From Pseudomonas aeruginosa (GTDB lineage Bacteria > Pseudomonadota > Gammaproteobacteria > Pseudomonadales > Pseudomonadaceae): a stretch of DNA of 32,000 bases. The position numbers and the translations under genes are program-made. Under the pieces are notes generated by a model. That model had not been told where the DNA came from, made no database searches, and worked only from the letters and a program-made list of their open reading frames with translations. The stretch lies in NCBI RefSeq assembly GCF_001457615.1, contig NZ_LN831024.1, positions 4,650,001 to 4,682,000 on the forward strand, written 5' to 3'. Positions 17,601 to 26,697 of this stretch are shown piece after piece; positions within the stretch are counted from its first letter, which is position 1, and each line of letters starts with the position of its first letter.

Positions 17601-17792
17601 CACGGTTTCGATCAGTGCGCGGGCGTTGCGGCGGATAGCCTCGATGCCGTCGGGACCGGGGTCGGCGAGCTGCAGCAGTTCGCCCAGGTAGGCTTCCTCG
17701 TCGACCGCGTAGTTGGCGCTGATGACAGGGAAGAATTCGGCTGCGGACCGGGTCTGGTCCTCGCCCTGCAAGACGTGACTGGCTTTGAACAT
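14610..17792 (-). CDS. putA: Bifunctional proline dehydrogenase / L-glutamate-gamma-semialdehyde (P5C) dehydrogenase PutA
   Basis: ATG 17792 has AGAGGAGGG upstream and gives 1060 aa. The PRODH barrel and ALDH domains align by eye with E. coli PutA (LMCLAEALLRVPD, YSFDMLGEAALTA, VSPWNFPLAIF, ETGGQNAMIVDS, SAGQRCSALRV). The further open frame up to 18515 has no homology or SD support. Confidence 0.95.
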   Translation of the reverse strand: MFKASHVLQGEDQTRSAAEFFPVISANYAVDEEAYLGELLQLADPGPDGIEAIRRNARALIETVRSRDNAVDTLDALLRQYSLDTQEGLMLMCLAEALLRVPDAATADALIRDKLSAADWQRHLGQSDNVLVNFAAWGLVMTGKVVNIDERTDGRAPSVISRLVQRSGEPVIRAAMNQAMKLMGKQFVLGRTISEALKNGRPCREQGYTYSFDMLGEAALTAADAEKYMADYRQAIDTVGAEPQVGPGPRPSISIKLSALHPRYEVAQRERVLSELFANVLELAVRARKLNVGITIDAEEADRLELSLELYEKLMRDPAIAGWGEFGLVIQAYSKRCLPVLVWLTLLGRELGARIPLRLVKGAYWDSEIKQCQVQGADGYPVYTRKEGTDTSYLACARYLLSEHTRGVIYPQFASHNAHTVTAILALADEARAAGGEERDFEFQRLHGMGDALYDTVIEKYRRNVRIYAPVGAHKDLLPYLVRRLLENGANSSFVHKLVDPRVPVETLIQHPVTQLRQFKTLANDRIPLPQAIFGAGRKNSQGINMNIQNQWNELELAYKPHLTRQWQAAPIVNGEKLSGPAHEVRCPYDLERLVGSVQYASAEQAGKALDVLQAAWPRWSATPVDERAGILERLADLLEAQRGELMALCTLEAGKSLQDGIDEIREAVDFCRYYAQQARQRLVREELRGPTGERNELFYEGRGIFACVSPWNFPLAIFLGQISAALVAGNTVLAKPAEQTSLIAARTVELMFEAGLPKDVIALLPGDGATLGGVFCRDARVAGVAFTGSTDTARIINRQLAEKPGAIATLIAETGGQNAMIVDSTALPEQVIKDAVQSAFTSAGQRCSALRVMYVQQDIAERVIELLKGAMAELKVGPTDVRVSDVGPVIDAEAKAGLEQHIAALKAAGKLIAETKVPGNLNGHFVAPVAFEISGIDELKKENFGPVLHVVRYAAQDLEKVVQAINATGFGLTMGVHSRNEETARRIEELARVGNLYINRNQIGAVVGVQPFGGHGLSGTGPKAGGPNYLLRFVSERTTSVNTTAVGGNASLLSLADAE

Positions 17793-18009
17793 CACGCCCT
17801 CCTCTTGTGGAGCCATTGTTATTGAAAGAAGTCCGGCCAGGCGTCCATTGCCCGGGGCACCGCCGCCGGCGGGTTGTGCCGGCGGCGCGGCACGTCCTGT
17901 GGCGCGGGAATACGGATCAGTATGGGTCAGGCCCATTCCGCCGGCGCGAGGCACCAGCGGATAGCGGAATGTAGTGGCTGCGAGAGGGGCGATTCTTGCG
18001 AAAGACTCT

Positions 18010-18030
18010 GGAGTTTTTGCGGAAAACTCC
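18010..18030. promoter_or_regulatory. 8-bp perfect palindrome in the putA / TonB-receptor divergent region (candidate operator)
   Basis: GGAGTTTT-TGCGG-AAAACTCC (arms 18010-18017 and 18023-18030), located in a 463-bp non-coding region. Confidence 0.35.
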
Positions 18031-18134
18031 TGGCTGCGGAACTTTCCCGTTCCTCTTCGCCGGCAGGCATGCGGACATTGCCGCTGCACGTCGGCACGAC
18101 GCCATGCAGAGTGGCTACGCGGGTCTACCGACAC

Positions 18135-18157
18135 AAAAAGAAATAATATAACATCCC
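18135..18157. promoter_or_regulatory. Zur-box-like sequence inside an AT-rich island upstream of the TonB-dependent receptor
   Basis: AAAAAGAAATA-A-TATAACATCCC compared with the gamma-proteobacterial Zur consensus GAAATGTTATA-W-TATAACATTTC, as I remember it. The right half matches about 9/11 and the left half about 7/11. This is the only AT-rich patch in the region, about 100 nt upstream of the start. Confidence 0.4.
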
Positions 18158-18255
18158 AATAAATACGCCGATCCGACCCCGTCGCCCTTCCTCCGGGAAG
18201 AGCCTGGGTTCGCTTTGGCCTGAAAAAAGTCCGACCCATGACCATGGAGCCCGCA

Positions 18256-20319
18256 ATGTCCTCTTCCGGCCTTTTCCCTTCCCGTCCGCTCTGGCCTCTC
18301 ACGCCACTGGCGCTGGCCTGCCTGATTGTTTCGGGGGAAACGCTCGGCGCCGACGGCCGCCCCAGCGAATTGCCCTCCCAGGTGATCACCGCCAACCCGC
18401 TGGGCAACGAATCTCCCGCCACGCCCAGCAGCGTGCTCGAAGGCGACGAGCTGACCCTGCGACAGAAAGGCAGCCTCGGCGAAACCCTCAACGGCCTGCC
18501 CGGGGTGTCCTCCACCTACTTCGGACCGGGCGCCAGCCGACCGGTGATCCGCGGCATGGACGGTGATCGCATCCGCCTGCTGCGCAACGGCGTCGGTGCG
18601 CTCGACGCCTCGTCGCTGTCCTACGACCACGCGGTGCCGGAAGACCCCAACAGCGTCGAGCGCCTGGAAGTGGTACGCGGCCCGGCCGCCCTGCTCTACG
18701 GCGGCAATGCCATCGGCGGGGTGGTGAACAGCTTCGACAACCGCATCCCCAGCGAACCCGTCGACGGCATCCACGGCAGCGGCGAACTGCGCTACGGCGG
18801 CGCCGACACCACCCGTAGCCGCTCCGGCGCACTGGAGGCCGGCGACGGCAACTTCGCCCTGCACGTGGACGCCGCCAGCCGCGAGTTCAACGACGTCAGG
18901 ATTCCCGGCTACGCCCATTCCAGCCGCCAGCGGCAGATCGACGGCGACACCGGCAAGCATCGGGTGCAGAACAGCGACGGCCGCCAGGACGGCGGCGCCG
19001 TCGGTGGCTCCTATCACTGGGAGCACGGTTACGCCGGCCTCTCCTACAGCGGCTACGACAGCAACTATGGCTCGCCGGCCGAGGACGACGTGCGCCTGAA
19101 GATGCAGCAGGACCGCTACGCCTTCGCCTCCGAGATCCGCGACCTCGAAGGCCCGTTCACCTCGCTGAAGCTGGACGCCGCCTATACCAAGTACGAGCAC
19201 AAGGAAATCGAGGACGGCGAGACCGGCACCACCTTCAAGAACGAAGGCTACGAAGGCCGCATCGAGGCCCGCCACCGCCCGCTCGGCCCGCTGAACGGGG
19301 TGGTCGGCGCGCAGTTCGCCAACAGCCGCTTCTCCGCCCTCGGCGAGGAAGCCTTCGTGCCGCACACGGAAACCGACAGCGCCGCGCTGTTCGCCCTGGA
19401 GGAATGGAAGCTCAGCGACCGCCTCGACCTCAGCTTCGGCGCCCGCCTGGAGCACACCCGCGTGGACCCCGACGCCAAGGGCAACGAGCGCTTCGCCGAG
19501 AACGACGGTTCACAGAGCTTCACCACCGGCAGCCTGTCCACCGGCGCGGTGTACAAGCTGACGCCGATCTGGTCGCTGGCCGCCACCCTCAGCTACACCG
19601 AGCGCGCCCCGACCTTCTACGAGCTGTACGCCAACGGTCCGCACGCCGCCACCGGCACCTACGAGGTAGGCGATGCCGACGCGGACAAGGAAAAGGCGGT
19701 CTCCACCGACCTCGCCCTGCGCTTCGACAACGGCGTGCACAAGGGCAGCGTCGGGGTGTTCTACAGCCGCTTCTCCAACTACATCGGCCTGCTCGCCAGC
19801 GGTCGCCATCGCAACGAGGAAGGCGAAGTGGTCGCCGTCGGCGATGACGAGGCGCTGCCGGAATACCTCTACAGCGGCGTTCGCGCGGACTTCTACGGCG
19901 TCGAGGCGCAGGACCGCATCCACCTGCTGGAAAGCCCGTACGGCAACTTCGACCTGGAACTCTCCGGGGACTACACCCGCGCCAAGAACAAGGACACCGG
20001 CGAACCGCTGCCACGCATCGCCCCGCTGCGCCTGAACACCGCGCTGATCTGGGAGTTGCAGCAGTGGCAGGCGCGGGTCGACGTCGAACACGCCGCCTCG
20101 CAGCACCGCGTGCCGGAGGAAGAACTCTCCACCGACGGCTACACCACCCTCGGCGCCAGCCTCGGCTACAACTTCGACCTCGGCGAGAGCCGCTGGCTGG
20201 CCTTCGTCAAGGGCACCAACCTGACCAACCAGACCGTGCGCTACGCCAGTTCGATCCTGCGCGACCGGGTGCCGGCGGCGGGACGCGGCATCGAGGCGGG
20301 GGTGAAGGTGGCGTTCTGA
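18256..20319 (+). CDS. TonB-dependent outer-membrane receptor, ZnuD-like
   Basis: Plug motifs are present (QVITANPLG; SRPVIRGMDGDRIRLLRNG; DHAVPEDP; RLEVVRGPAALLYGGNAIGGVVN), followed by a beta-barrel ending in ...GVKVAF. ATG 18256 has GGAG 6 nt upstream. The ATGs at 18238 and 18244 lack an SD. Confidence 0.88.
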   Translation: MSSSGLFPSRPLWPLTPLALACLIVSGETLGADGRPSELPSQVITANPLGNESPATPSSVLEGDELTLRQKGSLGETLNGLPGVSSTYFGPGASRPVIRGMDGDRIRLLRNGVGALDASSLSYDHAVPEDPNSVERLEVVRGPAALLYGGNAIGGVVNSFDNRIPSEPVDGIHGSGELRYGGADTTRSRSGALEAGDGNFALHVDAASREFNDVRIPGYAHSSRQRQIDGDTGKHRVQNSDGRQDGGAVGGSYHWEHGYAGLSYSGYDSNYGSPAEDDVRLKMQQDRYAFASEIRDLEGPFTSLKLDAAYTKYEHKEIEDGETGTTFKNEGYEGRIEARHRPLGPLNGVVGAQFANSRFSALGEEAFVPHTETDSAALFALEEWKLSDRLDLSFGARLEHTRVDPDAKGNERFAENDGSQSFTTGSLSTGAVYKLTPIWSLAATLSYTERAPTFYELYANGPHAATGTYEVGDADADKEKAVSTDLALRFDNGVHKGSVGVFYSRFSNYIGLLASGRHRNEEGEVVAVGDDEALPEYLYSGVRADFYGVEAQDRIHLLESPYGNFDLELSGDYTRAKNKDTGEPLPRIAPLRLNTALIWELQQWQARVDVEHAASQHRVPEEELSTDGYTTLGASLGYNFDLGESRWLAFVKGTNLTNQTVRYASSILRDRVPAAGRGIEAGVKVAF

Positions 20320-20344
20320 GACAGGCCGTGCGGGACGAATTCGC

Positions 20345-20434
20345 TCGGCGGATGACGTCCGCGCCGTTATCCGTCCTACACCACTCCCGGTAGGGCGAAT
20401 AACCGCCTGCGGTTATCCGCCGAAGGTGGCGGAT
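20345..20434. repeat. Cluster of REP-like palindromes between the convergent receptor and pruR genes
   Basis: GCCGTTATCCGTCCTAC (20363-20379). GTAGGGCGAATAACCGC-CT-GCGGTTATCCGCC has arms at 20394-20406 and 20409-20421 with one mismatch. ATCCGCC-GAAGGT-GGCGGAT spans 20415-20434. The units are shared with 3954-3990 and 12664-12678. Confidence 0.65.
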
Positions 20435-20439
20435 GGCGC

Positions 20440-21192
20440 TCAGCCCTTGCGCAGCGACTTCGGCGTCAGCCCCAGGTAGCGGCGCATCGCCGTGGTCAGC
20501 GCGCTCTGGCTGGAGAAGCCGCATTCCTCGGCGATCCGCACCAGAGGCAGGCGGCTTTCCCGCAGCAACCGCGCGGCGCAGTCGAGGCGGACCTTGAGCA
20601 GGTACTGGTGCGGGGTCAGGCCGACGCTGTCCTTGAACTGCGCGTGGAAATGGCTCGGGCTGAGACAGGCGACCTGGGCCAGTTCGGCGACCGTGATGCG
20701 CCGCGCCAGGTTCCGCACGATATGCGCGTCCAGGCGCTCCAGGTCGAGCGGCCCGCTGGCCGCCAGGGGCTGCTGCTCGCCGAACAGGCGCAGGTGCAGG
20801 GCGCGGATCAGCACTCCGCCGAGGGCACGGGTCAGCAGCGGGTCGCTGCCGTAGCGGGCCAGTTCGGCGCCGGCGTAGCTGAGCAGGTTCTGGAAGTCGG
20901 CGTCCAGGGTCGGGTAGCGCGGCGCCTCGAACAGGCGCGCGAGCAGGTCGGGGTCTTCCGGGGTCGGGTTGTCCTCGCCCAGGTCGATGATCAGCATGCG
21001 GTTGTCGCCCACCCCGGCGAACACGTGGCCCGCCTCGCCCGGCACCAGGCAGGCGCGCATCCGGCAGACTTCCCCGCCACAGCCGTTGACCTCGAATTCG
21101 GCGCGCCCGGCCAGCGACATCACCAGTTGGTGATGCTCGTGGGCGTGGGTGTGCGACTGGTCGGGCAGACGGATGAGGCGGGTGTCGAACAT
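20440..21192 (-). CDS. pruR: AraC-family regulator; by position, the proline-utilisation activator PruR
   Basis: ATG 21192 (MFDTRLIRLPDQSHTHAHEHHQLVMSLAG...) gives 250 aa with a cupin-like N-terminus and an AraC HTH C-terminus (SPSHFHAQFKDSVGLTPHQYLL...FSSQSALTTAMRRYLGLTP). The gene name is from my memory of the PAO1 locus. The ORF extension to 21348 is unsupported. Confidence 0.8.
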   Translation of the reverse strand: MFDTRLIRLPDQSHTHAHEHHQLVMSLAGRAEFEVNGCGGEVCRMRACLVPGEAGHVFAGVGDNRMLIIDLGEDNPTPEDPDLLARLFEAPRYPTLDADFQNLLSYAGAELARYGSDPLLTRALGGVLIRALHLRLFGEQQPLAASGPLDLERLDAHIVRNLARRITVAELAQVACLSPSHFHAQFKDSVGLTPHQYLLKVRLDCAARLLRESRLPLVRIAEECGFSSQSALTTAMRRYLGLTPKSLRKG

Positions 21193-21323
21193 GAACGGCA
21201 ACTGCTCAATTTTTGCGCACTCTACTCGACTTGCCCGACGCTGCCCAGCACCTTGCCGCAAGTGGTACCCGCGTACCGCGTGCTGCGTGGAAACCTTCGG
21301 CAACATCCTTGAACGGACAGGGA

Positions 21324-21351
21324 TTGAAACCCGCCCCCGGGGCCCCATCTA
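21324..21351 (+). promoter_or_regulatory. Sigma32 (RpoH)-type heat-shock promoter of the Lon-like protease gene
   Basis: TTGAAA (21324-21329), a 13-nt spacer, then CCCCATCTA (21343-21351). The consensus is CTTGAAA-N13-15-CCCCATnT. The predicted transcription start is near 21357, about 25 nt before ATG 21383. Confidence 0.7.
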
Positions 21352-21382
21352 GACTCTCATGTTTCAGTCAGTCAGGTGCCTC

Positions 21383-23782
<2,400 letters not shown>

Positions 23783-23786
23783 GCCG

Positions 23787-23821
23787 GCGGCGGATGGCCG
23801 ACCGGTTCGGCCGTCCGCCGC
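23787..23821 (+). other. Long GC stem-loop immediately after the asrA stop
   Basis: GGCGGATGGCCG (23789-23800) pairs with CGGCCGTCCGCC (23808-23819), with one G-U pair. Two flanking pairs extend the stem, and the loop is ACCGGTT. No U-tract follows. Confidence 0.5.
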
Positions 23822-23837
23822 GCCAACCTTGGCACTC

Positions 23838-23872
23838 GGGCGCCAGCAGGGTTTATGCTGGCGCCCTTTCCA
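23838..23872 (+). terminator. Rho-independent terminator-like hairpin 21 nt upstream of the icp start
   Basis: A perfect 11-bp stem, GGGCGCCAGCA (23838-23848) with TGCTGGCGCCC (23856-23866), a 7-nt loop, then TTTCCATT. Confidence 0.6.
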
Positions 23873-23892
23873 TTCGAGCCGAGGAGCGCTGC

Positions 23893-24297
23893 ATGTCCTT
23901 TTCCCCCTCCCGTCTGCTGCTGCCATTGTCCATCGTGGTCCTGGCCGGCTGCGCCGGGCAACAGAAGCCGGTGGTCACCCTGGACGACGCCGACGACTGT
24001 TCGCCGCTGAAGCTGACGCAAGGCCAGGAACTGGTGCTGACCCTGCCGAGCAATCCCACCACCGGCTTCCGCTGGGAACTGCGCAACCCTGCTGCCAGCG
24101 TGCTCAAGCGCCTTGGCCCGGAGGTCTACAGCAATTCCGAAGAAGACAGCGGCCTGGTTGGCAGCGGCGGCGAATCGACCTGGCGCTTCCGCGTCGCCGC
24201 CAGCGGCGACGACCGCCTGGAACTGGTCTACCGGCGGCCCTGGGAAAAGGACGCGGAACCGGCGGAAAGCTTTTCCTGCGCGATCCAGGTGCGCTGA
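23893..24297 (+). CDS. icp: Chagasin-family inhibitor of cysteine peptidases (ICP), lipoprotein precursor
   Basis: ATG 23893 has GAGGAG 6 nt upstream. The lipobox is VLAGC. The diagnostic chagasin loop motif NPTTGFRW is present, plus GxGG and a RRPWE-type third loop. 134 aa. Confidence 0.88.
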   Translation: MSFSPSRLLLPLSIVVLAGCAGQQKPVVTLDDADDCSPLKLTQGQELVLTLPSNPTTGFRWELRNPAASVLKRLGPEVYSNSEEDSGLVGSGGESTWRFRVAASGDDRLELVYRRPWEKDAEPAESFSCAIQVR

Positions 24298-24395
24298 AAC
24301 CGCTGCCCGCGGCGGACACATTCTGTACGAAGACCGACGTCCCGCGCCGTGGCGACCTGGCCTATCCTGACAGGCCCCGTCGCCCCGAGGACTCC

Positions 24396-25148
24396 ATGCT
24401 CCGCGCCTCCTTCGTCCTGCTCGCCCTGTCCTGCGCCGCTCCTCTGCCCTCGCTGGCCGAACCGTTGCGCTTCGCAGGCGACGACGGCTGCCCCTACCTG
24501 TGCCCTGGCACGCCGCAGCGGCCCGGCTACCTGGTCGAGGCGCTCAGCCAGGTCCTTCGGGAGCCACCGCACTTCGACAGCCTGCCCTGGCCGCGCGCCG
24601 TGCAGATGGTCCGCGACGGCCATCGCGACGGCCTGGTCGGCGCCTATGGACTCGACGGCCTGCGGGTCGGCAGCGAGCCCATCGGCTGGGTCGGGCTGGC
24701 CTTCTACACCCGCCACGACAGCGACTGGCACTACTCCGGCGATGCTTCCCTGCTCGGCCAGCGCCTGGGCCTCGCCCAGGGCTACGTGAACAATCCGCGC
24801 TTCGAAGCCTGGCGCAGCCAGGCCGGCGACGACGACCTGCACCTGCAGGTCCTCGGCGGCGAGCGCGTGCTGCCGCGCAACCTGCAGAAACTGCTGCTCG
24901 GCCGCATCGACGTGCTATTGGAAGACCGCGACATCATCGAGCACTACCTGGAGCATCATCCGCAGCTCGCCGGACAGATCCGCCGCGCCGGCGAACTACC
25001 CGGGCGGCAGCCGCTGCACGTCGGCCTCAGCCCGCACCTGCCGGAGGTCGACGCGCGTCTCGCGGAACTCGACGAAGGGCTACGCCAACTGCGTCGCGAA
25101 GGCACCCTGAAGGTCCTCGGCGAGCGCTATAGGCTTTCTTTCGAATGA
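24396..25148 (+). CDS. Periplasmic solute-binding-protein-like protein (SBP family 3-like), orphan
   Basis: ATG 24396 has GAGGA upstream. The signal peptide is MLRASFVLLALSCAAPLPSLA|EP. The 250-aa size and overall pattern fit a type-3 SBP. No adjacent permease or ATPase genes. Confidence 0.7.
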   Translation: MLRASFVLLALSCAAPLPSLAEPLRFAGDDGCPYLCPGTPQRPGYLVEALSQVLREPPHFDSLPWPRAVQMVRDGHRDGLVGAYGLDGLRVGSEPIGWVGLAFYTRHDSDWHYSGDASLLGQRLGLAQGYVNNPRFEAWRSQAGDDDLHLQVLGGERVLPRNLQKLLLGRIDVLLEDRDIIEHYLEHHPQLAGQIRRAGELPGRQPLHVGLSPHLPEVDARLAELDEGLRQLRREGTLKVLGERYRLSFE

Positions 25149-25279
25149 CTTTCCGGGCCGCCGGAAATCCGCCGCCAGACCAGCAACCACGCTGCTTTCA
25201 GCCGATTGAATAAATTCCGGCAGGCCTTTTTGGCGTCGTCTATTACTCAATCTACGACGGCACCGAAAGGAGGCGCGTC

Positions 25280-25852
25280 ATGGGCACCGCTCTTCGTTAC
25301 TCACTGCTCTGGGCATCCACTGTCTTCGTTTCCTCCTGCGGCAGCCTGCTGCCCAGCGAACGAGCGGAAGTCCAATCCCCCTTCGTCGACTACCTCGATG
25401 CCGAACTGCGCTATTCCCAGGCGCAACCCGGCAGCACGACCCGTTCGCAGCTGTTCGGGCTGGGTTTCGATCCATTGACCCAGGGCAACGGCCGCATGCT
25501 GTCGTTCATCGACGTGCGGCTCATGTTCATCCAGCCGAACATCCCCATCGATTACCTGCCGGGCGGCCTGGTGCAATGCCTGGAAGCGAAGGACCGTTGC
25601 ATCGGCTACGCCTTCGATTTCAGCAAGACCGACACCCAGCGGGTCGGCAGCTTCTGGGCGGACGTGTTCAACTTCCGCAAGAAACGGGAGTTGCAGGGCT
25701 GGTCGTTCAAGGCGGTGTTCGTCTTCGTCAACGACGTGCTGGTGCACAAGGTCAGCAACGGCGAACCGAACATCCATCGCCTGGAAGACAAGAAGAACCC
25801 GCTGGGTCCGCTGCAGGGCGCGGGAGAGTACTTCTCCGACAAGCTCAGGTGA
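25280..25852 (+). CDS. Lipoprotein of unknown function
   Basis: ATG 25280 has a strong SD, AAAGGAGG. The signal peptide carries the lipobox FVSSC. 190 aa, with no family I can recognise. Confidence 0.75.
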   Translation: MGTALRYSLLWASTVFVSSCGSLLPSERAEVQSPFVDYLDAELRYSQAQPGSTTRSQLFGLGFDPLTQGNGRMLSFIDVRLMFIQPNIPIDYLPGGLVQCLEAKDRCIGYAFDFSKTDTQRVGSFWADVFNFRKKRELQGWSFKAVFVFVNDVLVHKVSNGEPNIHRLEDKKNPLGPLQGAGEYFSDKLR

Positions 25853-25938
25853 TTCGCCTGCGCGCATGGGTGAATCGTCGCCGCGCAGTTGGGCGACGCT
25901 CATCCCTCGGCTACAATTCGGCCCCCTGAAAAGCCGTG

Positions 25939-26697
25939 ATGCCCGAGGTCACCCGCGTGAGCGAGTCCGATCGCCTGTTCGCCCAACCCCAGCAACGTGT
26001 CGCCGACTTCGTGTTCAACGAAGACGTGGTGCGCGTGTTCCCCGACATGATCAAGCGCTCCGTGCCGGGCTACCCCACCATCGTCGAGAACATCGGCGTA
26101 CTCGGCGCGCAGTTCGCCCAGCCGAACAGCGTGCTCTACGACCTCGGCTGCTCGCTCGGCGCGGTCACCCAGTCGCTGCGCCGCCACGTCCGCAACGACG
26201 GCTGCCGGGTGATCGGGGTGGACAACTCGCACGCGATGATCGAGCGCTGCAGTGAATACCTGCATGCCCAGGACGCCATGTACCAGGAGCTGCTGCCGGT
26301 CGAGCTGATCGAGGCCGACATTCTCGCCCTGGACCTGCAACCCACCTCGCTGGTGGCGATGAACTTCACCCTGCAGTTCGTCGCCCCCGACCAGCGCCTC
26401 GGCCTGCTGCGCAGGATCCGCCAGGCACTGCTGCCCGGCGGCGCGCTGATCCTCTCGGAGAAACTGCGCTTCGCCGATGCGCAGGAGCACGCGCTGCTCA
26501 CCGACCTGCACATCGCCTTCAAGCGTGCCAACGGCTACAGCGAGCTGGAGATCGCGCAGAAGCGCAGCGCGCTGGAAAACGTCATGCTCCCCGACACCTT
26601 CGAGGAACACCGTGAACGGCTCCTGGCCGCCGGCTTCAGCCGGGTCAGCCAATGGTTCCAGTGTCTCAACTTCGCCTCGATGATCGCCCTGCCATGA
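25939..26697 (+). CDS. cmoA: Carboxy-S-adenosyl-L-methionine synthase CmoA
   Basis: Aligns by eye with E. coli CmoA (DRLFA.P......[23 protein letters not shown]; SAM-binding MTase fold). The start is uncertain between GTG 25936, ATG 25939 and GTG 25957; the last has GAGG 8 nt upstream. The stop overlaps the cmoB ATG (ATGA at 26694-26697). Confidence 0.88.

Noticed and set aside
17793-18515. A 241-codon N-terminal extension of putA. There are similar extensions of putP (to 14394), pruR (to 21348), icp (from 23794) and the SBP gene (from 23829).
   Set aside because: In each case an internal ATG with a good SD gives a protein that begins where the family alignment, signal peptide or lipobox begins. 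The extensions have no homology-like sequence and cross intergenic hairpins or promoters.
21359-21382. ATG 21359 as the start of the Lon-like protease.
   Set aside because: It has no SD and would sit at or within 2 nt of the transcription start predicted from the sigma32 promoter. ATG 21383 has AGGTG at proper spacing.
25149-25167. The hairpin TTTCCGG-GCCG-CCGGAAA directly after the SBP gene stop, considered as a terminator.
   Set aside because: It is only a 7-bp stem and is followed by a GC-rich sequence without a U-tract. It is too weak to call as a feature.
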